Virus record (IMG/VR): IMGVR_UViG_3300046694_000616
Origin: an uncultured virus (IMG/VR IMGVR_UViG_3300046694_000616)
Lineage: Duplodnaviria; Heunggongvirae; Uroviricota; Caudoviricetes
Direction: 5' to 3' (one strand)
Length of the DNA stretch: 64,000 nucleotides
Every line of letters begins with the position of its first letter. Positions within the stretch are counted from its first letter, which is position 1. The notes below the pieces were generated by a model. The model had not been told where the DNA came from and searched no databases. It was given only the letters and a program-made list of their open reading frames with translations. The position numbers and the translations under genes are program-made. Of the stretch, positions 52,538 through 61,311 are shown one piece after another.

Positions 52538-54301
52538 TCAGGGGTATGTCACAACGAGGGGAACCTGGCTCGAATTGGTCGTGCCGTCCCCAAGCTGACC
52601 TTCAGCGTTGTAGCCCCAGCACGCAATGCCTTGCGGCGCCGCGGTCGCCACGCAGGTGTGATTGCGGCCCGCGGTGATAGCCGATGCCGGGCCTGGCAAC
52701 CCGACGACATCCACCGGCGTGGTGCTGGTGGCGGAGGTGCGGCCGAGCTGACCGTAGGTGTTTTGCCCCCAGCACTTCACTCCGCCAGAAGACACCAGGG
52801 CGCACGTGTGGGCGTAGCCGGCGCCGATGGCCAACACGCCGGAACTGAGCCCGCTGACGTTGGCGGGCGCGTTACTGTTGGTTGTCGAGGCGTTGCCCAG
52901 CTGCCCGAAAGCGTTGTTGCCCCAGCACTTCGCTCCGCCTGCGGAGGTGACCGCGCAGGATTGGTAATAGCCCGGGCTCACGCTCGCGACGCCCGAGGTC
53001 AAACCGGTGACATCGACAGGGATGTTGCTGCTGGTCGTGCCGCTGTTGCCGAGCTGCCCATAATTGTTGTAGCCCCAGCACTTGGCGCCACCCGAGGCCG
53101 TTACTCCGCAGGAGTGGTAATAGCCCGCCTTGAGCTGGCTCACTCCAGTCGTGAGACCGCTGACGCCGACGGGAACTTTGCTATCGGTGGTGCTGCCATT
53201 CCCGAGCTGGCCATACTGATTGCTGCCCCAGCACTTTGCAGCGCCAGACGCCAATGCGCACGCATGGTAGATGCCAGCAGAGATGCTGGAGACTCCCGCG
53301 GAGAGGCCGGTCACATTGACAGGCACGCTGCTGCTGCTATAGGTGTTGCCGCCGTTGCCAAGCTGGCCAGTGCTGTTAGAGCCCCAGCACTTTACTGCGC
53401 CGGACGTAGTCAACGCGCACGTGTAGACGTAGCCTGCGGAAATGCTCGCGACGCCGGTGCTCAACCCGGTGACAGGTACCGGAACCGGGCTCGCCACGGT
53501 GGTGCCATTGCCCAGCTGGCCGCTAGTGTTGGCACCCCAGCACATGGCGGCCCCAGCGGTTGTGATGACGCACGTATGGCTGTATCCCGCGGAAATATGC
53601 GTGACATCGAGCGGCTGCCCGGCGATGACCAGCGTGTAGGCTTGCTGGCCTGACTTCGTCTTGTAGCTGGCGACGACCGTGAACTGCGTGCCGATTTCGT
53701 TCTTGGTCGCCGGGGTGCCAGACAGCACGCCGGAATCAGACAGAGTCAGCCCGACCGGGAGGTCTGCGGCAGAGAATTGCGCACCGCTCCCGGTGAAATT
53801 CGGGTCGCCTTTGACGGACAGCTGGCTTTTGAAGTCGAAGCCCGCATAGGCGGAGCCAACTTTAGCGCCAGGCAGCGTCGCCGTGGCCAGGCTCACCTGA
53901 ATATCGAGCGAAACGACCTGGTAGGTCTGTGCACCGGTGCTGTTCCTGTAGCTGGCGCGCGCGGTGATGCTGCCATTGCCGGCTGCAGTCGGAATTCCGC
54001 TGATAACGCCGTCGGTGCCGAGAACCAAACCGGCAGGAAGTGTACTGGCGACCGTGCTCCAGGTGACGGAAGTGGGCGTATAGCCCGGGTCACCCGTCAC
54101 CATCAGTTGAGGCTTCAGGTCGAAACTGTACGCCGCGCCCACGATAGCTTCGGGAGGCGTACCCGTTGACAGTGCAACGTTAATGTTCGTCGCTGCCGCG
54201 CGATGCGGCAGCGGCACCACAACGAAATACCGGTTCGCGGCATACGCGCCACTGCAGGCCAGCCAGCCGAGCACGAGGGCGAAAAGCTTCTTCTTGAGCA
54301 T
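52538..54301 (-). CDS. secreted Ig-repeat (He_PIG-like x2) protein with RCC1 beta-propeller
   Basis: Signal peptide, RYFVVVPLP, two LP.GL repeats, seven CWG.N..GQLG blades. Confidence 0.88.
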   Translation of the reverse strand: MLKKKLFALVLGWLACSGAYAANRYFVVVPLPHRAAATNINVALSTGTPPEAIVGAAYSFDLKPQLMVTGDPGYTPTSVTWSTVASTLPAGLVLGTDGVISGIPTAAGNGSITARASYRNSTGAQTYQVVSLDIQVSLATATLPGAKVGSAYAGFDFKSQLSVKGDPNFTGSGAQFSAADLPVGLTLSDSGVLSGTPATKNEIGTQFTVVASYKTKSGQQAYTLVIAGQPLDVTHISAGYSHTCVITTAGAAMCWGANTSGQLGNGTTVASPVPVPVTGLSTGVASISAGYVYTCALTTSGAVKCWGSNSTGQLGNGGNTYSSSSVPVNVTGLSAGVSSISAGIYHACALASGAAKCWGSNQYGQLGNGSTTDSKVPVGVSGLTTGVSQLKAGYYHSCGVTASGGAKCWGYNNYGQLGNSGTTSSNIPVDVTGLTSGVASVSPGYYQSCAVTSAGGAKCWGNNAFGQLGNASTTNSNAPANVSGLSSGVLAIGAGYAHTCALVSSGGVKCWGQNTYGQLGRTSATSTTPVDVVGLPGPASAITAGRNHTCVATAAPQGIACWGYNAEGQLGDGTTNSSQVPLVVTYP

Positions 54302-54329
54302 GATTCTGATTTTCCGGGAGCAAGTTACA

Positions 54330-54336
54330 CGTATAG
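54330..54336 (-). promoter_or_regulatory. CTATACG box
   Basis: 28 nt upstream of ATG 54301. Confidence 0.6.
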
Positions 54337-54372
54337 AGTCGTGCTCCCCGGTGAGGGCGCGGTTATCGTGCT

Positions 54373-55305
54373 CTAGCGAAATCGCACAGGGCGCGCGTAC
54401 TGGCCGAAGCGACCCTGGCCTTCGTCGGCAAAGAGGTCTACCAGCGGCAGGACGGTCGGCTCACGGGCATCAATCACCATCGTCTGGCACAGGACGTTGG
54501 CCATGGTCAGTTTGCCGGGCGCGACTCCCTTTTCACCGAACACGGCGCCCGTGTCGATGAAATAGCAGTTGCCCAGACGCATCGCGCCGTCGAACTGCGG
54601 CGTATGTCCGGCGAAGACACGGTCGATGCCCGCGACACCTGAGGTGTCGTTGTTCGTCGTGCGCACCCGGCCCCACAGCGCGCTCTTAATCGTGTGGCGG
54701 TCGCCTGCCTCCACCTGCGCGATGAATGTCGGCCAGTCCATACCAACGGGCACTTCGGCGTGGAGAATGCCGACCGAGCCGCGCACGGTATTCAGCTCCA
54801 TGACGAGGGGCAGGCGCGCGAATGCGTCCAGCAGGGCAGCTTGCTGCTCCGGCGGGGTCGACAGCCACCAGGCCATGCCGTTTCGAGCGACATGATGCCG
54901 AAGCGCGTCCAGGTCCAGGGCGCCGTCAGCATACAGGTCGAGCACCATCTGTTCGTGATTGCCGAGTGTGGCAAAGAACCAGGGCTGGTTGAGCAGCTCG
55001 AGCGCTTCCGCAGAAAAGTCGCCGCGGTCTACCAGGTCGCCGACGGAAAACAGTCGGTCCACAGCCGGGTCGAAATTCACCGCTTCAAGTGCGCGCACGA
55101 TAGGGCGCTTCACGCCGTGGCGGTCACCGATGATGAAGTCGCGACCCTTTCCTTGCCCCAGGTAGACAACCGCCGGCGCCGCGATTGATGGTTTGCTCCA
55201 GGTTTGCAGCATGCGTTTCCCCGTTTTGTTCATGAATGCTGTGGCCGTCGCCTCGACGAGCGTCCTCGTGAGCCGGCCGAGTCGTTCCCTGGCTGCCGTC
55301 AGCAC
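54373..55305 (-). CDS. Ser/Thr protein phosphatase (PphA/lambda-like metallophosphoesterase)
   Basis: GDRHG, GDLVDRG, GNHE, GHTP, IDTGA; start could be 55233 or 55212. Confidence 0.9.
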   Translation of the reverse strand: MLTAARERLGRLTRTLVEATATAFMNKTGKRMLQTWSKPSIAAPAVVYLGQGKGRDFIIGDRHGVKRPIVRALEAVNFDPAVDRLFSVGDLVDRGDFSAEALELLNQPWFFATLGNHEQMVLDLYADGALDLDALRHHVARNGMAWWLSTPPEQQAALLDAFARLPLVMELNTVRGSVGILHAEVPVGMDWPTFIAQVEAGDRHTIKSALWGRVRTTNNDTSGVAGIDRVFAGHTPQFDGAMRLGNCYFIDTGAVFGEKGVAPGKLTMANVLCQTMVIDAREPTVLPLVDLFADEGQGRFGQYARPVRFR

Positions 55306-55736
55306 GGATGGTCTGTTCGCGATGTCGGTGCGTGCTGCGTCGCCGCGGCGAGCCGTCGCGAGAGCCAGCGGATGCGTTCTTTAACCGCCGTCATGTAGAC
55401 GATGGGCATGAACGCGGTACCAGCAATGAGCTTCTCCACCGGCGGGCGCCGGTCGTAGTTCATAAAGGCTTCGTTTGCCAGTTCGTCATCGCTCAACTGG
55501 CCAAGCGTGAGTGCTGCGCGTTCGCAGTCGTACATGGCGCCATGCGGGTCCGGCTGACCTTCGGCCGCCCAACGCAGGCCCGGCGTGCCCGCAGGCGTCT
55601 CGGGTATCCCGTCTTCTTCAGGCAAGCCCAGGTACTCGAGCAACACAGCGCGAACGTGCTCGGACTGCATCCCCGAATCCTTGCAGGCACCGAGGAACGC
55701 ACCGATGTGATGGCGGGCGTCGTCAATGGTTTTCAT
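55299..55736 (-). CDS. hypothetical protein
   Basis: Operon spacing. Confidence 0.65.
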   Translation of the reverse strand: MKTIDDARHHIGAFLGACKDSGMQSEHVRAVLLEYLGLPEEDGIPETPAGTPGLRWAAEGQPDPHGAMYDCERAALTLGQLSDDELANEAFMNYDRRPPVEKLIAGTAFMPIVYMTAVKERIRWLSRRLAAATQHAPTSRTDHPC

Positions 55737-55748
55737 GCGGGCGTCGCT

Positions 55749-55985
55749 TTATTTGAATGTGATAGTGAAGGGCGCGTGCTTGATGACGAGGAACCACCAG
55801 CCGCACAGGAGCACGATGCCGAGCAGAATCACAACCACCTTCCGGTGCAGCGGGTTGCGCGCGCCGCCGATGGTGTAATAGCCGAGCGTCAGGCTGGCCA
55901 CCGCCGTCCATGTAAAGGACGCGAACACCATGCCGCCGGTAATGACGAGCCAGCCGACCACAGCCAGGAATGTCATATCAGGCAT
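55749..55985 (-). CDS. small 2-TM membrane protein
   Basis: Hydrophobic helices; start could be 55976. Confidence 0.65.
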   Translation of the reverse strand: MPDMTFLAVVGWLVITGGMVFASFTWTAVASLTLGYYTIGGARNPLHRKVVVILLGIVLLCGWWFLVIKHAPFTITFK

Positions 55986-56349
55986 CCTCGCGCACGATTT
56001 CGACCTGCATCGTGTTCACGTCATCGAGCTTTGCCCAGAAGCGAACCTGACGCTTCGACGGCACCTCGGAGGCATAGCGTTTCTTTGCCACGGCGCTCAC
56101 GCCCTTCATGCGGAAACTCACGCTGTCGAAGTCCGACAGGGCATGCTTGATGTAGTACCGGTCGATGATGAGTTCGGTGCCTGGCGGAAGGGTGGCATGC
56201 GTCGGTTGCGGGTCGTAGCTGATTTCACGCACGTCGCCCAGCAGGGTCATCAATGTTCCGTTTCGGCGCTCGTTGTAGAGCTTGAATTCCCACGGTTCGG
56301 TCAGCACGAGGCGAGTGCCGAGCGGCGGCACGAACAATTTGATTGACAT
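55978..56349 (-). CDS. hypothetical protein (phage-like)
   Basis: AAGGAG RBS (MSIKLFVPP); TGCTATAAT at 56375-56383 on the - strand. Confidence 0.75.
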   Translation of the reverse strand: MSIKLFVPPLGTRLVLTEPWEFKLYNERRNGTLMTLLGDVREISYDPQPTHATLPPGTELIIDRYYIKHALSDFDSVSFRMKGVSAVAKKRYASEVPSKRQVRFWAKLDDVNTMQVEIVREDA

Positions 56350-56419
56350 ACGGAAAGCTCCTTGAATTAACGACATTATAGCATTTAATGACGTATAACG
56401 CAATTTGCCGTCCCAAATG

Positions 56420-56453
56420 AAAAAGGCGCAAGGCCTTGTGAGCCTTGCGCCTT
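56420..56453 (-). terminator. intrinsic terminator
   Basis: AAGGCGCAAGGC..GCCTTGCGCCTT with the T-run on the - strand. Confidence 0.8.
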
Positions 56454-56475
56454 CGATACTTCTACTGCGGGGAGA

Positions 56476-57228
56476 TTACTGGCCCGTCAGGCGACGCAGG
56501 CGGTCCGCAGCCGATTCGGCCACCGGCGTTGCCGTGCCCGCAGCGATGCGGCGGGCTTCGTCGATGGCGTTCGCGCGGTCCAGCGGCTTCTGGCCGATGT
56601 TCGCCTGGATTGCCGTCGCATCCGCTTGCACTTGCAGCTTTTCAGCCTTGCGGGTCAGTGCGCCCAGCGCCGTCGAGGTGCCACCGACGCCGCTTTGCAG
56701 GTCGCGCAGTTCCTGCTGGTTCTGCAGGCGCAGGTCTTCGCGCTCCTGGTTCGCTTGAGCCTGGGCGATGCCGCGCAGCGCCTTTTTGGCGGCCGCGTCG
56801 AAGTCGGCGAGCTTCTTCTCGATGGTGTTGACGATGCCTTGCACCGTGTCGACGAGTTCCTGCGCATCCTTGACGTCTTGCTGCGCGACAGGCAGGCGGG
56901 CCTTCATGTCTTCGAGGTTGTCGGCGAATTCGGTGAGCGTCGATTCGTCGATTTCCTTCGCTTCCAGCTTCGAAATCAGGACTGCGGCAGCTTTGGTGTC
57001 TTGCGAGATTTGAGCTTCGAGCGCATCCGCGGTCTTTTTCACGCCGTCATATTCATGGCGCGCCGAGGCCAGCTTAGTCGCCGCTTCGCGCAGATGCTTC
57101 TGCAGGTTCTCGCGGTCGACTTCGGTGGCCGTCTCGGGGTCGAACGAGACCAGTGCTTGCGCGACGGTGTCACCGAATGCGCTGACTTGTTTCACGATGA
57201 GTGCAGCGGAGAGCTTCCAGCCGGACAT
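56476..57228 (-). CDS. PspA/IM30-like coiled-coil protein
   Basis: All-helical coiled coil, DPE motif near the N-terminus, C-terminal DRLRRL; next to DUF2491. Confidence 0.65.
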   Translation of the reverse strand: MSGWKLSAALIVKQVSAFGDTVAQALVSFDPETATEVDRENLQKHLREAATKLASARHEYDGVKKTADALEAQISQDTKAAAVLISKLEAKEIDESTLTEFADNLEDMKARLPVAQQDVKDAQELVDTVQGIVNTIEKKLADFDAAAKKALRGIAQAQANQEREDLRLQNQQELRDLQSGVGGTSTALGALTRKAEKLQVQADATAIQANIGQKPLDRANAIDEARRIAAGTATPVAESAADRLRRLTGQ

Positions 57229-57300
57229 GTGGATTCCTTTCGAGGTGGTTCGGGTTGCCGGCGCGGCGCCGGCTTGGTTTAATGGTGCAGAAAAGTGTCT

Positions 57301-57309
57301 AGTATAACA
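57301..57309 (-). promoter_or_regulatory. sigma70 extended -10
   Basis: TGTTATACT preceded by GTGTTTTTG. Confidence 0.45.
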
Positions 57310-57327
57310 CAAAAACACTTATGTTGA

Positions 57328-58116
57328 TTAGAGGACTTTCAGCTTCAGCGGTTCCAGCGTGAGGCCGACCAGAAAATCGACATGCACGGCCGGCTCGCGG
57401 CTACCGTCGACCGATTCGACGACCTCGAACGAAATGAGCAGGTTTTCGCGGTTGCCATCCGGCAGCACGCGCACGTAGGGCATGAACTGCATCTGCTGAC
57501 GCATGCCTTTCGTGCCCGCCGGGTCGTCCAGACGGTTCTCGACGGCCTTGTACGGATGGACGTAGTCGCTGGTCACCGGCGTGTCGCGCTGATAATCGAG
57601 CGTCTCGGCGCCCGCGAGCAGCTTGGCAATCTTCTCCGCAGTGAGCCCCGCGAGCGCGAGCTGGTCGTCACCCAGGTTGTACCAGAGTTCGCCCAGGCCG
57701 TAGCCCGCGCCCTGATACGGCTCCTGGTCTTCAGCCGTGGTCGGCACGAGGCGGAACAGTTGCTGGTAATACGTCGCCTCGACGGGCTGGCCGTTCTTCG
57801 TGAGGACCTGCAGGAATGCCTGGCCCGCGTCGGTCTGGCGGTCACCCGCGTCCGTATACAGGCGGAAAATCTCGAGCGACGGGTCCGCATCGAGACGCAC
57901 GCGGCCCACAGCCTGAATTTGCATCTGTGCCGAGGCCGGAACCTTCACGAGCGACCCATCGAGAATGGCGAAGGATGCACGCGGCACTTCCAGCAGACTA
58001 CCAATCTGGGCGCCATACGGCAGCCCGACGTCGACGCGCGGAAGGGAGTTATGGTTGTCCTGAGCCTGCGTCACGCGCTTTTCGATGATGCGCTTGCCGA
58101 GTTGGAGAATGGACAT
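57328..58116 (-). CDS. DUF2491 (YjfK-like) protein
   Basis: IQAVGRVRL...FRLY...FLQV...YQR...MPYVR...ENLLISFE pattern. Confidence 0.65.
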   Translation of the reverse strand: MSILQLGKRIIEKRVTQAQDNHNSLPRVDVGLPYGAQIGSLLEVPRASFAILDGSLVKVPASAQMQIQAVGRVRLDADPSLEIFRLYTDAGDRQTDAGQAFLQVLTKNGQPVEATYYQQLFRLVPTTAEDQEPYQGAGYGLGELWYNLGDDQLALAGLTAEKIAKLLAGAETLDYQRDTPVTSDYVHPYKAVENRLDDPAGTKGMRQQMQFMPYVRVLPDGNRENLLISFEVVESVDGSREPAVHVDFLVGLTLEPLKLKVL

Positions 58117-58127
58117 CTCTTGAATCC

Positions 58128-59117
58128 TTAGAGGGTGTAGTTCGCTTTCTTCGCGGGCTTGCCCGGCTTGCTTCCACGCAGGACGAAGTACGCGATGCCG
58201 CCAATGGCCGCAGCCAGGAAGACGAGGAACAGAATCAGGCCGATGTGCGAGGAGTGGTGCGGCTGTTCGACTGGAGCAGCCTTGAGCATCGGGGCAGCCG
58301 GGGCAACTGCGGCCTGCGCGACGCTGGGAGCAACGGGCTGCACACTCGGGGCGTAGCCACCCTGAGCCGGCGCGGCCGGCGCCTGTGCTGCTTGAGCCTG
58401 TGCCTGAGCTTGTGCAGCTTGAGCCTGTGCGTACTGATAGTCGCGGTCGCGCTGATACTCACGCTCCCGTTCGTCACGGCGCGCGGCGTCGCGACCCCGT
58501 TCGTACCAGTAGGCGTCGTTGAGCATCGAGCCGCCGTGGTATTGCGGGCTTTGCTGGACAACAACGACCTGAGTCTGCTGGCGCGGCTGATAGTGCGAAT
58601 TGCTCTGCGACACGGTAGCCTGTCCGCGCGAATCCTGTGTGCTCGCCACCGACGTTGCGGGTGCCGGCTGCGGCGCAGCCTGTGCGGCGTCCGCCTTTTT
58701 CTTCGCTTCGTACGCGGTCACCGCATCGTGATTCGCCGAAGCCGAGTACATCGCGCTACCCAGCACGCTCGCCGTTGCGACGGCGGCGACCGTCTTGCCG
58801 GTGCCCGATTTGGCAGTCGCACCGAAACCCGAACGGGCCGGCGAAGGGTCGGCAGCGGGTGGCGTGGCGGCCTGGCGGGGCAGGGTTGTGGGTACGTACG
58901 TCTGGACGCGCGGAGTATCAGCTTTCTTGCTGCTCGACGAAGCGAAGCCCGAGTAGCTACCGTAGTTCGACTTGGATTCGGACTTGGCGCTGGCGCTGGT
59001 TTTGCTCGAACTCGTGCTGGAGCTCGAGGAGCCGCGGCTGAACCCGGATGCGGCGTCGGCATAGGGCGACACCAGCAGGGCGGCCGTGAGCGCCGCCAGC
59101 AGGAAGTGCTTTTTCAT
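58128..59117 (-). CDS. exported low-complexity protein with C-terminal TM anchor
   Basis: Signal peptide, SGFSRGSSSS, Q/A/P-rich tracts, C-terminal hydrophobic helix and basic tail. Confidence 0.75.
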   Translation of the reverse strand: MKKHFLLAALTAALLVSPYADAASGFSRGSSSSSTSSSKTSASAKSESKSNYGSYSGFASSSSKKADTPRVQTYVPTTLPRQAATPPAADPSPARSGFGATAKSGTGKTVAAVATASVLGSAMYSASANHDAVTAYEAKKKADAAQAAPQPAPATSVASTQDSRGQATVSQSNSHYQPRQQTQVVVVQQSPQYHGGSMLNDAYWYERGRDAARRDEREREYQRDRDYQYAQAQAAQAQAQAQAAQAPAAPAQGGYAPSVQPVAPSVAQAAVAPAAPMLKAAPVEQPHHSSHIGLILFLVFLAAAIGGIAYFVLRGSKPGKPAKKANYTL

Positions 59118-59152
59118 TGTGTGCGGTGGTTAGGAGGTGGTAGTGTTTTTAC

Positions 59153-59161
59153 AGTATACCA
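59153..59161 (-). promoter_or_regulatory. sigma70 extended -10
   Basis: TGGTATACT 35 nt before ATG 59117. Confidence 0.55.
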
Positions 59162-59217
59162 CAAAACACACAATCGTCAATATGACCGCACATCTGCGCA
59201 CTGTTTTAGACTGTTAG

Positions 59218-59700
59218 CTATTGCTCGCTGTCTTCCTGGCGCCGCTCGGCCTGGCACTTCGCTACTTCGACCAGGTCGCCAACGAGGCTCATTGGATGGT
59301 CTTTGAGCCACGTCCGGATGGCTTCATGGTCTTCGTCGGTTTTGGCGTTGACGTAGGCCTGCACGAGGCGCTCGTACTCCCGTTGCATCCACAGTGGCAG
59401 CTCTTCGGGCTCGAAGCTCGTGCGCTGATACAACGGCAGGTCGCCCGATTTGCGCTCGACGCGGCGGAGCGCAATCGCCATGCGCTCGCACCACACCGCC
59501 ATCTTTTCCCGGGCGGCCTCGATGCTGTCGACCGTCATCTCGGTCAGATGCAGTTCACCCTCGACCTTGCCTGTTTGCGTGTCGACTGTGAGCTTTAAGT
59601 CCTGTTCGAGAATCGTGCCGATGCGCCCGCCGCTATGCACGACGTTGTATGTCACCGTGACGCGGTTCTCGTCGTACTTCAGGTCTTTGAGTTCAAGCAT
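59218..59700 (-). CDS. hypothetical protein
   Basis: MLELKDLKY start, overlapping the upstream small ORF. Confidence 0.7.
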   Translation of the reverse strand: MLELKDLKYDENRVTVTYNVVHSGGRIGTILEQDLKLTVDTQTGKVEGELHLTEMTVDSIEAAREKMAVWCERMAIALRRVERKSGDLPLYQRTSFEPEELPLWMQREYERLVQAYVNAKTDEDHEAIRTWLKDHPMSLVGDLVEVAKCQAERRQEDSEQ

Positions 59701-59791
59701 GGCTCGCTTTGACCAGCTGTTCGACGATGTGGGCAAAGCGCTGTGCTGCGACATCCGTAGAAATGGTGGTTTGCGTGTTCGCGTTGTTCAT
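59693..59791 (-). CDS. possible 32-aa protein
   Basis: GAGGAG RBS; MNNANTQTTISTDVAAQRFAHIVEQLVKASHA. Confidence 0.4.
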   Translation of the reverse strand: MNNANTQTTISTDVAAQRFAHIVEQLVKASHA

Positions 59792-59837
59792 GGTTGGTCT
59801 CCTCTTACACAAATCGGATTGGATGGTCGTGGAACAG

Positions 59838-60440
59838 TCAGTCGTTCGACGCCGGGAACGCCTTTTCCAGCTTGGCCGCCAGCCGGCGCACGCGTTCAAG
59901 CTTGCTCTTGTGCATCTGCGCCAGGTCGACCCAGTCAGCGGCATCGACTTCTTCCGTCTGGGGCACGAGAGGCACGTCCGACGACGCGGTCGCAACGAAC
60001 GTGAAATCGTGGTGGAAGTGCGCGCCTTCGCCTTTTTTCGGATTCTCCGGAATCGGGTGCGTGTCGATGTCGATGGGCAGGTACGTGCTGCCGCGGCCGG
60101 ACCACGCCAGCTCCGCGACAACGACGCCAGTTTCCTCATGTACCTCGCGCGCGGCCGACAGCCAGAGTGAGGGGTCCATCTCGAAGTGGCCACCCGAAGG
60201 CATCCAGTCCCGATAGATGCCATGGAAGATGACCAGAACCTTGCGCGTGACCGGGTCGAACACCACCATGCTGGTCGTGATATGACCTGTCATGTTCGAG
60301 CGTACGAGCACGGACGGGTTGTCCTGCTCGAGCTGGGCGCGAAGCAGGTCGAACCGCTGTGCCTCCCCGGGATAAAGCTCGAGGTAGGCCGAGAGGACTT
60401 CTCGCGCCGCGCGCGCTACTGCATTCAGGCTGTGGCTCAT
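59838..60440 (-). CDS. NUDIX hydrolase
   Basis: GHITTS, GGHFE...AAREVHEETG, DIDTHPIP, HFHHD. Confidence 0.9.
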   Translation of the reverse strand: MSHSLNAVARAAREVLSAYLELYPGEAQRFDLLRAQLEQDNPSVLVRSNMTGHITTSMVVFDPVTRKVLVIFHGIYRDWMPSGGHFEMDPSLWLSAAREVHEETGVVVAELAWSGRGSTYLPIDIDTHPIPENPKKGEGAHFHHDFTFVATASSDVPLVPQTEEVDAADWVDLAQMHKSKLERVRRLAAKLEKAFPASND

Positions 60441-61186
60441 TTCAGTTCGGCAATCGTTGTGGCGGGATGACTGTCGCTCGAGGGCGCCGCATCTTCCACC
60501 AGCGGCAGGAGCGCGGCCGACCAGTCTTCCTCAGCCAGATAGCCGAGCGACAGACGGCCAAAGAGCGCTTTTTCCTTGAACTGCGCGTACTCCAGCATAG
60601 ACAGGCCACGCAGGTGGTCGGTCGGCCAGCCGGCAAGGTCCAGCGCCAGACGCTGCATCCCGTTTATCGTCATGCCGATGGCGCGTGCTTCCTTGAGGAC
60701 CGCCAGCCAGCCGTCGTGGACCGCCTTGATGATGTCCTTGAACTCGGCATCATCACCCAACTCGCCCAGGTTGGTCACCGCGCGGTTGTTCATCGTCCTG
60801 TAGAGCACGGACGGCAGGGTCGGGATGAGCTCCGCCCAGTATTGCGCGCCTTTGGAGTAACCGGCCTGCTTCAGGTTCTGGTAGACCCGCTCACCGAAAG
60901 CATGCTCCCAGCCGTCCTTGAGGCGTTGGCGGTTGCGACCATAGAGCTGGCGCAATTCGTCCGCGGCCTCCGACGCCGGGAAGCGTCGCATGACCTGCTC
61001 TTCAATCCAGCGCTCGGGCGTGCCCGCCGCACCGAGCAGCTTGAAGACGGCTTCTTCGCCCGTTTTGACGTGGCGCAGCATGACGAAAAGCACGGCTTCT
61101 TCGTGTGAGACGCCCTGGGCAATCTCTTTAGTTTCGACGTCCGGAGCCAGGCCGACGTGGAATTCTCGGTAAATACTCGGGTGCAT
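60437..61186 (-). CDS. hypothetical protein
   Basis: MHPSIYREF start; TGGTATACT at 61217-61225 on the - strand; ATGA-coupled to NUDIX. Confidence 0.7.
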   Translation of the reverse strand: MHPSIYREFHVGLAPDVETKEIAQGVSHEEAVLFVMLRHVKTGEEAVFKLLGAAGTPERWIEEQVMRRFPASEAADELRQLYGRNRQRLKDGWEHAFGERVYQNLKQAGYSKGAQYWAELIPTLPSVLYRTMNNRAVTNLGELGDDAEFKDIIKAVHDGWLAVLKEARAIGMTINGMQRLALDLAGWPTDHLRGLSMLEYAQFKEKALFGRLSLGYLAEEDWSAALLPLVEDAAPSSDSHPATTIAELK

Positions 61187-61311
61187 AGACGCAAATTTTC
61201 GGAAGGAATTGCGTTTAGTATACCATGAATTTGCTTTTCGGCGCAGTAGCATACTTGACCGTAAAAAACGTTCGGGCAAAATAGTGTCGCCTATAGAAAG
61301 GGAGGTTTGAG

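Noticed and set aside
58376..58432. Short tandem GCCTGTGC/GCTTGAGC repeats
   Set aside because: Encode an AQAQAA low-complexity tract; not a regulatory repeat.
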